DNA of 64,000 nucleotides from an uncultured Candidatus Binatia bacterium (GTDB lineage Bacteria; Desulfobacterota; Binatia; UBA9968; JAJDTQ01), in contig OZ219754.1 of assembly GCA_964291295.2 (NCBI GenBank), positions 576,001 through 640,000 of the forward strand, given 5' to 3'. This document shows positions 20,757 through 38,080 of this stretch, piece after piece (positions within the stretch are counted from its first letter, which is position 1; every line of letters starts with the position of its first letter). A program made the translations under genes and the position numbers. The notes under the pieces are model-generated. The model was not told the DNA's origin. It ran no database searches and saw nothing but the letters and a program-made list of their open reading frames with translations.

Positions 20757-20787
20757 GCCTTTTCCATGACCCGGGCGGGAGGAGCGG

Positions 20788-22008
20788 TCAGTCGTACCTC
20801 GTCTCCAGGTCCACGTCCGCCCAGTTCCCGGCATCCATCATCATGGCCCGGCGGGCATAGAACTGGCGGAGGCGCTTGCCGCCGCCGAAAGCGCCGGACT
20901 TCTCTTCGTATCCGAGGTGGGCCTGAAGGTTCTGCGGGTAGCGCCGGGCAATGACGCCGCGGGCCGTGCCGGTGCACTGCTCCCGGTTGTTCATGTCGTC
21001 CTGTTCCAGGTTGCCGCTGGAGCCGAAGGTCTGGGTAAGGTGGCGCCGCATGGCGGCCTTGACCTCCGGAGGGGCATCCTTGTCGACGACGCACCAGGAC
21101 CAGATCCCGGTCTTCTCGGGACCCCTGGGGTGCCAGACGCGGATCATGTGACGGATGAAGTTGGGCGAGACGTTGGGAAAGACCGTGGTGACGAGTCCGG
21201 CCTGTCGGGCGAGGCCGGGGCCGATGCGCTCCACCGCCTCGTCGAAGTGATCGAGCAGATAGTCCCGGATAATGCCGCCGGCGACCCGCGTGAAGCCGAT
21301 GTCATCGGCGTGGGGCCGGGGCTCCTCGTTGGTGCGAGTGTAGGAGAGATCGTCCACCGGCACCTGGCGCACCGAGGCGTGGGTTACCGTGTGGTGGCCG
21401 TCGTCGCCGAAGAAGTTGTCGGCGGCGTACTTCCAGTTGGCGTGCATCACCCACTTGTGCACGCCGCCGATGACCTCCGTGCCGCCGGCGCGCCGGTCGA
21501 ACATGATCCCCAATTCCCCATCCTGGCCGCCCAGATAGTCCATCAACCGCGGCGCCTCGGGATCGAAGGTGGCGAAGATCAGCCCCTTCCAGATGTCCAG
21601 CTGCGCCACCTCCACCAGCCCCCATTGCGTCATGTCCAGTTCGTTGCCGTAGATCTCCTTCATCCCCGGAACGCCCGTGAGCCTGCCGTCGCTGCCGTAG
21701 CACCAGCCGTGGTACGTACACATCAGCGACCCGGCGTTGCCCCGGTCGGCCCGGCACACCCGGTTGCCCCGGTGACGGCACATGTTGAGAAACGCCCGCA
21801 CCTTCCCGTCCTCCCCCCGCCACAACAGCACCGGGTCCTCGCCCATGTAGGCCGCAAGAAAATCACCGGCATCCGGGATCTGGCTCTCGTGCCCCAGAAA
21901 CAGCCAGCAGCGGGCGAAAATCCGCTCCAGCTCCTGCTCATGGATGTCCCGGGAAACGAAAATCTCGCGGTCCAGCAACCCCTGTTCCGTATCCACGAAT
22001 CGGTTCAT
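20788..22008 (-). CDS. aromatic ring-hydroxylating Rieske dioxygenase alpha subunit
   Basis: Rieske motif NMCRHRG...CTYHGW, NWKYAADNFFGDDGHH..TH, EQDD; no beta subunit adjacent. Confidence 0.9.
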   Translation of the reverse strand: MNRFVDTEQGLLDREIFVSRDIHEQELERIFARCWLFLGHESQIPDAGDFLAAYMGEDPVLLWRGEDGKVRAFLNMCRHRGNRVCRADRGNAGSLMCTYHGWCYGSDGRLTGVPGMKEIYGNELDMTQWGLVEVAQLDIWKGLIFATFDPEAPRLMDYLGGQDGELGIMFDRRAGGTEVIGGVHKWVMHANWKYAADNFFGDDGHHTVTHASVRQVPVDDLSYTRTNEEPRPHADDIGFTRVAGGIIRDYLLDHFDEAVERIGPGLARQAGLVTTVFPNVSPNFIRHMIRVWHPRGPEKTGIWSWCVVDKDAPPEVKAAMRRHLTQTFGSSGNLEQDDMNNREQCTGTARGVIARRYPQNLQAHLGYEEKSGAFGGGKRLRQFYARRAMMMDAGNWADVDLETRYD

Positions 22009-22104
22009 GCGATCCATCCCGTTCCCCGGAGCGTTCCCCGGAGCATCCCGGCTCGGACCCGTCGAAAGAACCGGAGGGCCGGAGCAGCCTGATTCCACGG
22101 CGCG

Positions 22105-22135
22105 ATTATACAGGGATCCGCAAGATGCTTGTCAA
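22105..22135 (-). promoter_or_regulatory. putative sigma70 promoter of the Rieske gene (19-bp spacer)
   Basis: Minus strand TTGACA (22135-22130) and TATAAT (22110-22105), both perfect consensus. Confidence 0.55.
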
Positions 22136-22174
22136 CGTTCGCGCGTCAACCCTGCCTGTCAGCCAGCCAAGGGC

Positions 22175-22204
22175 GGCATGGGTTCAGGTCTGCCGGTGGC
22201 CGTC
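22175..22204. repeat. att-like direct repeat: displaced copy of the sthA 3' end
   Basis: ggcatgggttcaggtctgccggtggccgtc matches 38051-38080 at 28/30. Confidence 0.85.
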
Positions 22205-22405
22205 AACACAAGGCCGCCACGCTGTTTGAGTATGGCGCGCACGGTTGCCGCAGCCTCACGCCGCGTTCCCGTGTTGGCTTTGCACTCGATCGTTCCCGAC
22301 TCCCCGACGGCAACGATTGCGGCATTCTGCTCAGGCGTCACCGGCCATAATCGTCACAGAGCTTGGCTTCCGAAACCGCTGAACGATCTGCAAGGCACGC
22401 TACCT

Positions 22406-24313
22406 CTATGAGGGTTTCGCTTCCGAAGGCGCATTGGTCAGCGAAGAATCCGCGGGGCATACGATCTGCTCGAGAATACGGATTACTTCCCCGAAGTGGC
22501 GGAAGTCCTCGACCGTTCCGTGGCTCCTCAACCAGTCGCAGAGGTTCCTCTTCTCGTCGTCATTGACACTCCAGGATTCCGGAACACACTCTTCCTTTCC
22601 CCTTACAGTTTTGGTGTGCGATGAAGCGATATCGATAAACCTTGGGTGTTGCTGTTGAGCCCTCTCCAACGTTGCCTTGCCAAAAAGATTCTCGACTCCT
22701 TTATTTATGGGGTGTTCTCCGACGCGGGGAATCTTCCTCTTGTGAATGTTGCCTTTGTCGTCGTCGTCGAGTGGGCTTTCAGGATCATGCAGCAAAACTA
22801 CTGTCTTCTCAGACAGTCCGGGGATGCCTGCAAGCTTTTCAAGATTCGTCCAGATCGTCTTGAGTCTTCCATTACCCCCAGCAGCCTGCACTTCGAACTT
22901 CTCCAGGACGTCATTTTTCCCTAGCAACTCCGCCGCCCGCCGCAAGTAATCCCGGTCCGTTTTGCCTTCGACAAATAGAATCGGGCGTTGTGCCTTTTCG
23001 ACCTGCGCCCGGATTGCCTTCGAGAACTCGGTAGTAACCTTGAATGCTTGAAACGCCTGCCCGAACTCATCAAAGTCTTCTGGAGCAATGCGAGAGCCGT
23101 TCGGCAGGTCGTAGACCTCGAAATCGTCTTCTCCGAATACCTTTGCCATTCCGAGGACGACCAGTGGCGAGTGCGTGGTCATTACAAACTGAATTTGGGG
23201 AAACATATGCACCAAACTCGGGAGTATGTCATGCTGATGCCGTGAATGGAGGTGAAGGTCTATTTCATCAATTACTACGATCCCTTTCACATCTTTGGTT
23301 GCCGCGAAAGACACATTGCGTGCCTCTCTTAAGTCATAGTCTCTTAGTATGGAAAGAAACAGCGCCAATAGAGCCATCTCTCCACTGGACAACTGGAATA
23401 GATTCGGCACCACCGTCTGCTGATCGGACTCCAGGGTTATGATGCGATTATGTCTTCCGCCAATGCCAAACCGAAGATTTTTCTCTATGGCCAATTCTCG
23501 TATGATCATCTGCAAGATGTTGCGCGCCAATTGGTACACATTAGTAGCATCACCACTATATCCCATAAAAACGGGAAGATTCAAATTTCTGGATCGGGTA
23601 CTACCCGGTGTAGAAGCAAGAATAGAGAATGACGGGGATTGTACTTCGAAAGCTGCACGATCATAGGCAACGTCGTACAGCCAGTCGTGGATGTCTCGAA
23701 GTGGTGAATGAGCGATTAGCCGGCGTCGAGTCTCACCTTTTCGGTGGACTCCCTGCTTATAGTGCGGCTTGGCGCGCAGATTTTCCTGATTCAGCCAAGC
23801 CGGTTCTTCGGCGCGATTGGACGGGAAGTAGAGCAGACAGTTAGCCGATACCATCTCCTTTATGAGTGCAGCCTGCGACCGCTCCAGTATATTGGTCTCG
23901 ATATGGTCCATCTCGTCACTGTCAAATTTTCCCGTCCAAGCATCAGAACCGAGTCCGTCCACGCCCATCGGTGGCTCGGTATACTCATGCTTGGGTTTTG
24001 TCAGGCGAAGTTCCCGAACGAAGTGCCCGGACTGGAAGTCACACCGGGCGTAGTAGTACTCGGCGCCGACCGAGACGTAGAAGCCGCTGCGTAGCTTGAA
24101 TACTTTTCCGACATCCACTTCACTTGAGTCTTGGTAAGCCGTGTCCTTGGCCATGAGCATGGCGTTGACTATGTGGGAAAGAACTATGGTTTTGCCGGAC
24201 CCGTTCTCGCCGACCAGTAAAACAGGCTTTGGGCGTGCGTCATCGAACGGGAAGCGGATGTCCAGATCCCGGAGCGGCCCGTAGTTCGTCAGTTGAAGTC
24301 GCGTCAGGTACAT
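22406..24313 (-). CDS. ABC-type (AAA_15/AAA_21-like) ATPase fused to a C-terminal TOPRIM-like domain; putative defence protein
   Basis: Walker A VGENGSGKT, signature QLSSGE, Walker B VIDEIDLHLH, TTHSP; then ILFVEGKTD, GG loop, LLHD and GVENLF. Confidence 0.8.
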   Translation of the reverse strand: MYLTRLQLTNYGPLRDLDIRFPFDDARPKPVLLVGENGSGKTIVLSHIVNAMLMAKDTAYQDSSEVDVGKVFKLRSGFYVSVGAEYYYARCDFQSGHFVRELRLTKPKHEYTEPPMGVDGLGSDAWTGKFDSDEMDHIETNILERSQAALIKEMVSANCLLYFPSNRAEEPAWLNQENLRAKPHYKQGVHRKGETRRRLIAHSPLRDIHDWLYDVAYDRAAFEVQSPSFSILASTPGSTRSRNLNLPVFMGYSGDATNVYQLARNILQMIIRELAIEKNLRFGIGGRHNRIITLESDQQTVVPNLFQLSSGEMALLALFLSILRDYDLREARNVSFAATKDVKGIVVIDEIDLHLHSRHQHDILPSLVHMFPQIQFVMTTHSPLVVLGMAKVFGEDDFEVYDLPNGSRIAPEDFDEFGQAFQAFKVTTEFSKAIRAQVEKAQRPILFVEGKTDRDYLRRAAELLGKNDVLEKFEVQAAGGNGRLKTIWTNLEKLAGIPGLSEKTVVLLHDPESPLDDDDKGNIHKRKIPRVGEHPINKGVENLFGKATLERAQQQHPRFIDIASSHTKTVRGKEECVPESWSVNDDEKRNLCDWLRSHGTVEDFRHFGEVIRILEQIVCPADSSLTNAPSEAKPS

Positions 24314-24345
24314 GCGCTTTTTCTACCGGGTGGTCAGTGTCCCGG

Positions 24346-27251
24346 TCAATCATCCTTGATGAGGCCGAGTTCGCGAAGGGGCTCGAGCACGCCGTTCTCC
24401 AACTTGGCCTTGTCGTATCCTTCCGGGGCGGTTGCCGATGCGTTGATGGAAATGGTGCCTGTCATCTCTGCGAGATTGGCCAATGCGTTCCATGCGTCGT
24501 ATACCACGTTCCGGTCAGCCACGAAGGAGACCGTGATCTCACGGCTGCCGGTGGGGTAGTCCCCGCCCGATCCTCCTTCGGGAGAAGAGCCCTCGCCGGA
24601 ATCGCCGCTCTCACCATGTTGCCCGGTGCCCTCTCCTTTTCCCTCTCCTTCTCCGGTGCCGCCGGTCGTCTCGTTGTCGGGTGCCGGCGCCTGTTCGGGA
24701 ATAGCCGCGGGGGCAATCAGAAAGCCAGCGTCCAGGTCGATTTCGTCGTCCGCCACACTGCGGTCGAATGCGACACGGTTCCGGTCAATGAGGTAGCGCC
24801 CGTCGTCTCCGAGTTGCGGCCGGCCGGTGGCGTAGCCGAACAGACGGCTCTCCACTCCACGAGCGACCGCCTTGCGCACGGCGTCGGACGAGAGCAGACG
24901 GGGGAAGCCCAGGAACTCGTAGAACCCTTTCAACACTTGGGCCGTGGTGATTCCGGCAACGTAGCGTCCCGGTTCTCCGAGCCTGAACAGTTCGGCGATC
25001 TTGCCGGGAGCGAGCGTTACGAATACCCGCTTCTGGACCTTGGTGAGCAGCTCCATCAGGCGCTGCTGGATGAGGGCGCATTTCTTGTCGTCAAGGGTCG
25101 TCTGGAGCGGGCGGCCGCCGATGCGGACGGTGTCCAGCGTCAAACCTCCGTTGCCGGATACCGGGAGCCGGACTTCGCCGTAGAGCTTGAGCAGGGCCGA
25201 CTCGGTTGCCGTCTTCTCGGTGGCGAGGCGCTCCCGAAGCTGGTTTCGCTGCGCATCCGTGAGATTGTGCTCGCGCCACTTGCCCTGTATTCGCTCGACC
25301 GCCAGGAGGTAGCGAACGCCGCGGCGCAGAATCTCCACCTGATCGGCTGATGGGACGGCCAGCCCCAGGCCGTTGCGGAACTCGCGCTGGCGGTTCCCGT
25401 ACTGCTCGCAAATCGCCAGCGCGGTGCGATTCTGCGTCGCGGGCGCTTGCGTCGCGAACTCAAGCGGCAGGTACGCCAGGAGAAACTGCGGTTCCCGGTC
25501 CGGCACGTCGCCCGGTTTGGCGGGCCAGACGATGGCGGGCTGTCCGGCCAGCCGCTCCTCGATCATCTGCCGGACACGAGCCATGATGTTGCCGTCGTCG
25601 CGCCCGACCGTTTCGGCCTCCTGCTCGACCAGCAGCGTGACATTGGGATCCTTCTTGAAGCAGTAGCGCACGCCGTCGAAGTGCAGATAGACGCACTGCT
25701 CCCTGAGTTCCTTGAGGCACGCCTGAATGGTGGTGGTATCAAGGTCCGGCCCGATGCACGCCGCCAGCAGGTCGGGCTCGCCGATCCCCGGTGGAAGGAG
25801 TTCACCCGGGTCGCCCTCCCCACGCCGCAGACCACCGAACGAGTAGAGCAGCATCGCGGTGGCAAGGCGCATGGCCGGTTGCTTGCCGGACTCCGTCGTC
25901 ACTTCGTGCGCGCGCCGTTCGTCGATGCGGCGAGCCCGTGCGTTTGCGCCCGTGAAGTCCTGCTCCAGGCAGGCCTGGAAGTCCTCGCGCTGGCCGACCT
26001 CCTTGAAGAAAGCGAGGCGGACGGCATCATCATGGATGGGAACGTCGCCCGGACCGAGCAGCGGTCGGGAACCGCCTGCCCGGTGGGCGGCGCGCAGGCA
26101 CGAAGCAAGGAAGCGCAGTGCCCCGCGGGTGCGCTGGAATTCGGGGATGGCGGCCCAGCGCTCGCGCATCAGATCGATCAACGCCGGATGGAAGGGGTAG
26201 GACGCCCTGATTCGCCTGCGCAGGGCCTGTCCATCTTCTTCGGCCTGCCGCCGCTCTCCCTGGCCGTGTGCGCTGGCGCGGCGCATCTTCGTGAACACCT
26301 GTACATGGGCATCCACCGTCGCTGCGGCCGCACCCGCGTCGGGCGTGCCGGCGAGCAGCCGGCGCTGGATCACGTTCAGTATCTCGTTGCCCTCGACCGG
26401 CTCCCGGCGCTGGCCCTTGCGTGAGGCAAGGTGCTCGACGGTTTGCAGCAGGCCCGTGTATTCAAGGGATTCGCGTTTGCTGGACTGAAGGGAAAAGACG
26501 AGCGCCGCGTTGTCCACGCTCCCCACCGCCACCGTCAACCGCTGAAGGAACGACAGCGTCTCGTCCCGGAGGGTGGTCTGTTCGATGCGGATTCCGCCGG
26601 CGCTGATGAGGTATTGCAGCAGTTCGTCGAGCAGGATCAGACTCGGTCCGCCCTTGAGCAGTTCGACGAGCGCATCGCCGCCCGGTGCGACCCGGGCTTC
26701 GTCCTGTGCGCGCACCAGGTCGTAGCCGTCCCGCCCTCCGAGGGACCATGCGACCCAGCCCCAGATCGTTCTTGCGGAGATGTCCCCGGCCGGGGACTGC
26801 TTGCCATTTGTCGGATCGAAGAACTGCCCGTCCACCACGGCCACCCGTACCCCTCCAGGCCGCGGCAGGCCGGCCGCCTCCGGCAGCGCTTCAAGCGCGG
26901 CGCGCGACCGGGCAGCGTACAGCAGGGCGGCAAGGGTGTGGGACTTGCCGCCGCCGAAGGGTGTCTGAAGCCTGAGAACCCGATTCCCTTCGGCTCCGGC
27001 AAGGCGGCCAAGCACATCTTCGAGAAGAGACTTGAGGCCGCTCGTCAGGTATGACGCGGCAAAGAAACTGTCGGCATCCCGGTAGACCGGGGGGACTCGC
27101 CTCAATTCGGCTTCCGGCCGTCCGAGATCCCTGGCGATCAGGTAGTCGGACAGGGGACCCAGGTCCAGTGCGAAGATGTCTTCGGAGAAGTCGTCGGCAA
27201 GCACGTCGGGATGCAGGGCAACGCACTGTAGCCAGGGGCGGCAATCGGGCT

Positions 27252-27255
<4 letters not shown>
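24346..27255 (-). CDS. DUF499 family AAA+ ATPase
   Basis: LRLQTPFGGGKSHTL, LILLDE, SYPFHP, FQRTRGALR; ATGA overlap with the methylase stop. Confidence 0.9.
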
Positions 27256-30074
<2,819 letters not shown>

Positions 30075-30078
<4 letters not shown>

Positions 30079-32024
30079 GACACGCTCCCTGCTTTCAGTG
30101 CTTCATTGGAGCGGGTGCCCATCAAGCCCATTTCCCCAAGAAAGCGGGACGGTGCTTTTGACCATCCCTTGTACTGCTGTGCCCTTGACAGGATCAACCG
30201 CGTCTTCGTGCGGGTGATGGCGACGAAGCAACTGCGGCGCTCCTCCTCGATGGCCGCACTGTCGTTGCCTTTCCCGACGCTGTACCAGGAGGGGAAGACC
30301 TCTTCCGCGAGACCGATCAGGTAGACCCTGTCGAACTCCAGCCCCTTGGCCGCGTGAACCGTGCTCAACGAAACCGCGTTCGGTGCCGGTGGCGGTTCCT
30401 TGGAGCGCAATTCCATTTCCTGGAGGAACTGGTCGAGCGGAATGGCGCCCCGAGCCTGCCTTATCTCCTTTTCGATGTGCCGCCATGCGCTCAGGTCGTC
30501 TTTCAGGTCGCCGCCCGCATCTTCGGTCTCAAAGTGCTTCTTGACCTCTGCCACGGTCCCGGCCAAGCGTACGTTGCCGGACGCGAGGCCCGCCATCGCT
30601 TCGACCACTGACGGCAACGCCGAAGGTGTTGCCTGCCTGACAGCGTCGAACCAGGCGGCCAGCAGCGTGATCCGGTTCGCCTCCGAACGTGCGATCACTT
30701 CCTCGACCTCCACGGGAACTCCGGCAAAGTCCTCGAATGTTGCCGCCAGCACAGCCATGTTGCGCCGGTCGAGCGGTCGATTGATTTGCTTCAGGCAGGC
30801 GACAAGCCAGCGCAGTTGCGGCGACACGAAGTCGTCGCGCCGCGCCAGAAGCGCCGCAGGTACGTTCAACGCCTCCAGCGTGGCCCGGACAGGCTCCAGC
30901 AGCGCGCGACTGCGCGCCAGCACCACGGTTCCCCGGCGCTGTACCACATCCAGACCGGCAATCTCGGCGGCGATGCACGAAGCTTCGCCTCCATCATCGG
31001 AGAAAACCTTGCATTCGATTTCGTCCTCGCCTTGGCGGCGCGGCACGGCAGGCTCCACTGGCGCCTTGGAAACGTCTCTCCGGACGTTGTAGACGACAAG
31101 CCGGTTGGCAACATCCACGACGCCGGGAGGGCAGCGGAAGTTGTCCGTAAGCTGTATGACCTCGCACCTGAAGTCGTCCACCAGGCTTCGAATACGGCGC
31201 ACATTCGCACCGTTCCACTCGTAAAGGGTCTGGTCGTCATCGGCCACCGCGAACAATCGGTGGAAACTGCCGCCCGCCATCCGCCTGAGCAGTTCGTATT
31301 GAGGGCCGTTGGCGTCCTGAAACTCGTCGATGAGCCAGTACCGGTACATCGTCCGGCAATGTCGGGCCAGTACCGGATGACCCAGGAGTTCGAAGGCCAG
31401 GCGAATCAGCGAATTGAAGTCGAGGGCGTTGGCTCGAACCAGCTCTTCTTCGTACAGCCGGTAGGAAAGCCCGATGCGATCCACCCCCAGGCGATCCACA
31501 AGGCCCGGCGCCAGACGAGGATTGCTCCGCAAATACGACGCGGCCCGCTCCGGGCCTACCAGGCGCTTCTTCAGTTCGTCGATGGCGGGCAACAGCCCAT
31601 CATCGTCACACTCGAAACAGGCCCCGCGGTGCCGCAAGGCATCTGCCAGCACCGCCTGCCGGTCGGCGGTCCGGGAATAGATCGCAAAGTTCGGCTTGAT
31701 GCCACAGTGGCTGCCATGCTGGCGCAGAAGTTGGGCGCAGAATCCGTGGAAAGTGTCGATATCCGCGCGTTCCTCAGCGCCGGGAACCAGCGCGGCAATC
31801 CGTGTTCTCATTTCATGGGCCGCCTTGTTGGTAAAGGTCAGTCCGAGAACGCGGAAGCGCTGGTCCGGAGAAGTCTCCAGCAATCGGGCGGCGCGGCAGG
31901 TCAGCACCCTTGTCTTGCCGGACCCGGGACCGGCCAGCACCAGCAGGGGGCCGTCATCCCACTCGACGGCCTTGCGCTGCATGGCCGTCAATTCCCGCAG
32001 TGTGCTTTCGAGAGGGCTCGCCAT
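30075..32024 (-). CDS. UvrD/PcrA-like helicase, Gabija GajB-like
   Basis: LAGPGSGKTRVL, LTFTNKAA, IDEFQD, STVHAAKGLEF, EEERRSCFVAITR; TGATG overlap with the upstream OLD nuclease. Confidence 0.88.
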
Positions 32025-33940
32025 CACGTCAATCCCGGCAGTTGGTTGATTGCAGCACGGAACGCCTCGGGCGCGCGCTGCGCCAGATCCTTGTCGTCAC
32101 GAATTCGCGCCGCGAGTTCTGCCGCATAGGCCGTCTTGTTCCCGCGCAAGCAGGCAACAAGGCCATCCTTGTCCATTTCATGGGCGTCGTGGACGCTCAA
32201 TGTCGCCAACACTTCCCGCAACTCCGGCTCGAGTCCGTCTGCAACAAGCTGTGCCTCAAGGTCACCGTTCGGATGTTTGCGACAACGCGTGGCCACCTCG
32301 TCCTTGGTGAAGCCACGTCCTTCGATGTTCCGAACGAACCCCTCGCCTGCCTCGTCACCATCGAACACGGCAAGCCAGGGAATGTCCAGTGCTCGGGCCA
32401 GCGCAACGAAGGTGGCCGGATTGCCGTTGTTCTGAGCGTCGATGACGGAAACACCGTACCGGTCAAGGTCGTAGTCCAATGCATGCGCGATGGCATGAAC
32501 GAGCAGATGGTCGGCCTGCCCTTCGACAATCAGCCATCGTTCCGCGAAGAAAATCTCCCCGCGCATGCGCCGGGCGAAGGTTTCCAGCGCCAGCAACTCG
32601 CCATCGGCCACATGCAGGGAAGAGCGCTCCTTCAGGGCGCGAAGCCGCGATTCGAGATCGGAACGCCTCTCGTGTTGCGTGCAGCATCGGAGCAGCGCCC
32701 GATAATGACTCTCTTTCAGCGAGCCATGAACCATCAGCTTTCCTGATGCGCTTTCGTAGGACAACAACCCTCCTGCCTCATTCACCACCGCATCAAGGCC
32801 ATCCACATGCGGAAATGACTCGGAGAAGCTGGCCGGGAGCGACCGCACTTCGGTTCCCTTCGCGGTCAGGCGCACCAGGCGCAGATCGCGAAACGGAACG
32901 AGCTGAACAAAGTACGGCGAGTGGGTCGTCACGATCTTCTGACCCGGCAGGGCTTCGACTTCATGCCAAAGCGTACGCACGGCTTGCGGGTGCAGATGTG
33001 TTTCCGGCTCTTCCAGAGCCAGCACCGGCTCGCTGTCCGGCTCGTACAGCTCAGCGAGCAGATGATCCACGAAAGCCTGGAACAGGAAGATGACCGAAAG
33101 GCTCTGAATGCCTTGACCCTGGCGCCTCAGTGGGAGCCACGGCAGATCCGGTTCGTTGCGCAGGATGATTTCGGCCCGCGAAAGCAGATCCCAGGTCTTG
33201 AGCGGCACCATCCGCAGATCAAGGCCGCCCTCCCGATCCCGGGCCGCGACGCGGGTTGCGCCCGACAACGTCTTGGCCATCTCCGCCAGACGCGGATCGG
33301 CCTTCAGGAGACGTCGGTTGAGCAGATCCAGAACCCGCAATGCGCGGGCCTCAAGTGCCGGTGGAATGTTCAGGTCCTTGAGCAGCCGCGTCCAGAACTG
33401 GGATGATCGCGTCGAAAACTCATCCCCCACATCGCGCAATGCCCCAAGGTAGAATACCGGCAGGTAACGCCAGAACCGTTCGAGATTGAGTCGGCGTCCG
33501 CCGAAACCGACCAAGGGCTCGCCATCAGAGGCAAGGAACTCCCAAGTCGGTTCGAAGCTGTCCGTGTCCTCATTCCAGCTGCACCGCGTTCGCAGGGAAA
33601 CGAAGCGCCGGCCGGTGGCCGTATCCAACTGCACGATGTTGCCGAGGTCTGCGGTGATGTCATCGGACCATTCACCGGGTTCTCGCTCCTCGGATTTCAA
33701 CTCGATGCGGACGCCGCTCGAAGTCCTGGGATCGGCCGCCTCGCCGGCCATATGGATGTCGTACTCGCTGAAACCGGTGCCGCGCTGGCCCCAGCGGCGC
33801 GTGAGGGCAATGCGCAGTGCGTCGAGAATTGCCGTTTTGCCAGCGTTGTTCGGGCCGACAAATACGGTCGTATCGCCGAGATCGACGGTCAGATGCCGGA
33901 TCGACCGGAAGTTCTCGATCTCGATGCGGCTTATGCGCAT
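32024..33940 (-). CDS. OLD-family ATP-dependent endonuclease (ATPase + TOPRIM), Gabija GajA-like
   Basis: MRISRIEIENFRSI, VGPNNAGKT, GQGIQSL, LEEPETHLHP, TTHSP, IVEGQAD, FDGD. Start reassigned to ATG 33940. Confidence 0.9.
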   Translation of the reverse strand: MRISRIEIENFRSIRHLTVDLGDTTVFVGPNNAGKTAILDALRIALTRRWGQRGTGFSEYDIHMAGEAADPRTSSGVRIELKSEEREPGEWSDDITADLGNIVQLDTATGRRFVSLRTRCSWNEDTDSFEPTWEFLASDGEPLVGFGGRRLNLERFWRYLPVFYLGALRDVGDEFSTRSSQFWTRLLKDLNIPPALEARALRVLDLLNRRLLKADPRLAEMAKTLSGATRVAARDREGGLDLRMVPLKTWDLLSRAEIILRNEPDLPWLPLRRQGQGIQSLSVIFLFQAFVDHLLAELYEPDSEPVLALEEPETHLHPQAVRTLWHEVEALPGQKIVTTHSPYFVQLVPFRDLRLVRLTAKGTEVRSLPASFSESFPHVDGLDAVVNEAGGLLSYESASGKLMVHGSLKESHYRALLRCCTQHERRSDLESRLRALKERSSLHVADGELLALETFARRMRGEIFFAERWLIVEGQADHLLVHAIAHALDYDLDRYGVSVIDAQNNGNPATFVALARALDIPWLAVFDGDEAGEGFVRNIEGRGFTKDEVATRCRKHPNGDLEAQLVADGLEPELREVLATLSVHDAHEMDKDGLVACLRGNKTAYAAELAARIRDDKDLAQRAPEAFRAAINQLPGLT

Positions 33941-33965
33941 GGGCGGCCTTCCCCGGTGCGCGCGG

Positions 33966-37514
<3,549 letters not shown>

Positions 37515-37579
37515 TCGATGACCCCTCCCTGCTGTTGCGATTCGCCGGGCCACGTGAGTGGTCGCGGGGGTATCGCTGC

Positions 37580-37752
37580 TGCCGCTGCGGACCCAGTCGT
37601 CAACCTGCGAGAGTCCGGAAGCCAAACAGGCATCCAACGCGGCACGCCGGCAAACCCCGCGTGTCGACCCGGCGGTACACCGTGTCCCTGGAAACCTGCA
37701 GGAGAGCGGCCGCTTCGGGGATGCCGAAACGAGGTTCGCCAGATATGTTCAT
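37580..37752 (-). pseudogene. frameshifted excisionase-like helix-turn-helix (HTH_17-type) gene
   Basis: IPEAAALLQVSRDTVYRRVDTRGLPACRVGCLFGFR continues as LSQVDDWVRSG if one base near 37614 is removed. Confidence 0.75.
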
Positions 37753-38050
37753 TGCGCCGACATGACTTGATCGAACAGGCTGATTCGCACCGAAGTCTGC
37801 CAAACGACACCCACACGGTCAATTCCGGGATGCTTCGACAAGGGCGTGCGGACTTGGCGACCGGGGCGCTCCCCGGAACATCCGCGCAAGTGTGCCGGCT
37901 GAACACGGGACGCGGCGTACGCATCCGCATGACCGTCCACAGCAAGGGTGCGGCAATGTCGCCGGGGTTTGGCCCATCGAAGCGTGCGACGGCCTGTCGA
38001 GGAAGCGTGCCAGTACGGATGGCCTTCGTTCTCGACCGCTCGATCACCAT

Positions 38051-38080
38051 GGCATGGGTTCAGGCCCGCCGGTGGCCGTC
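38051..38080. repeat. att-like direct repeat overlapping the sthA stop codon
   Basis: ggcatgggttcaggcccgccggtggccgtc; pairs with 22175-22204. Confidence 0.85.

Noticed and set aside
22406-24345. Retron-associated ATPase-TOPRIM effector
   Set aside because: No reverse transcriptase or msr/msd-like RNA seen nearby.
24560-24700. Gly/Glu/Ser-rich low-complexity stretch in the DUF499 protein
   Set aside because: Looks like an ordinary flexible linker before the small C-terminal domain.
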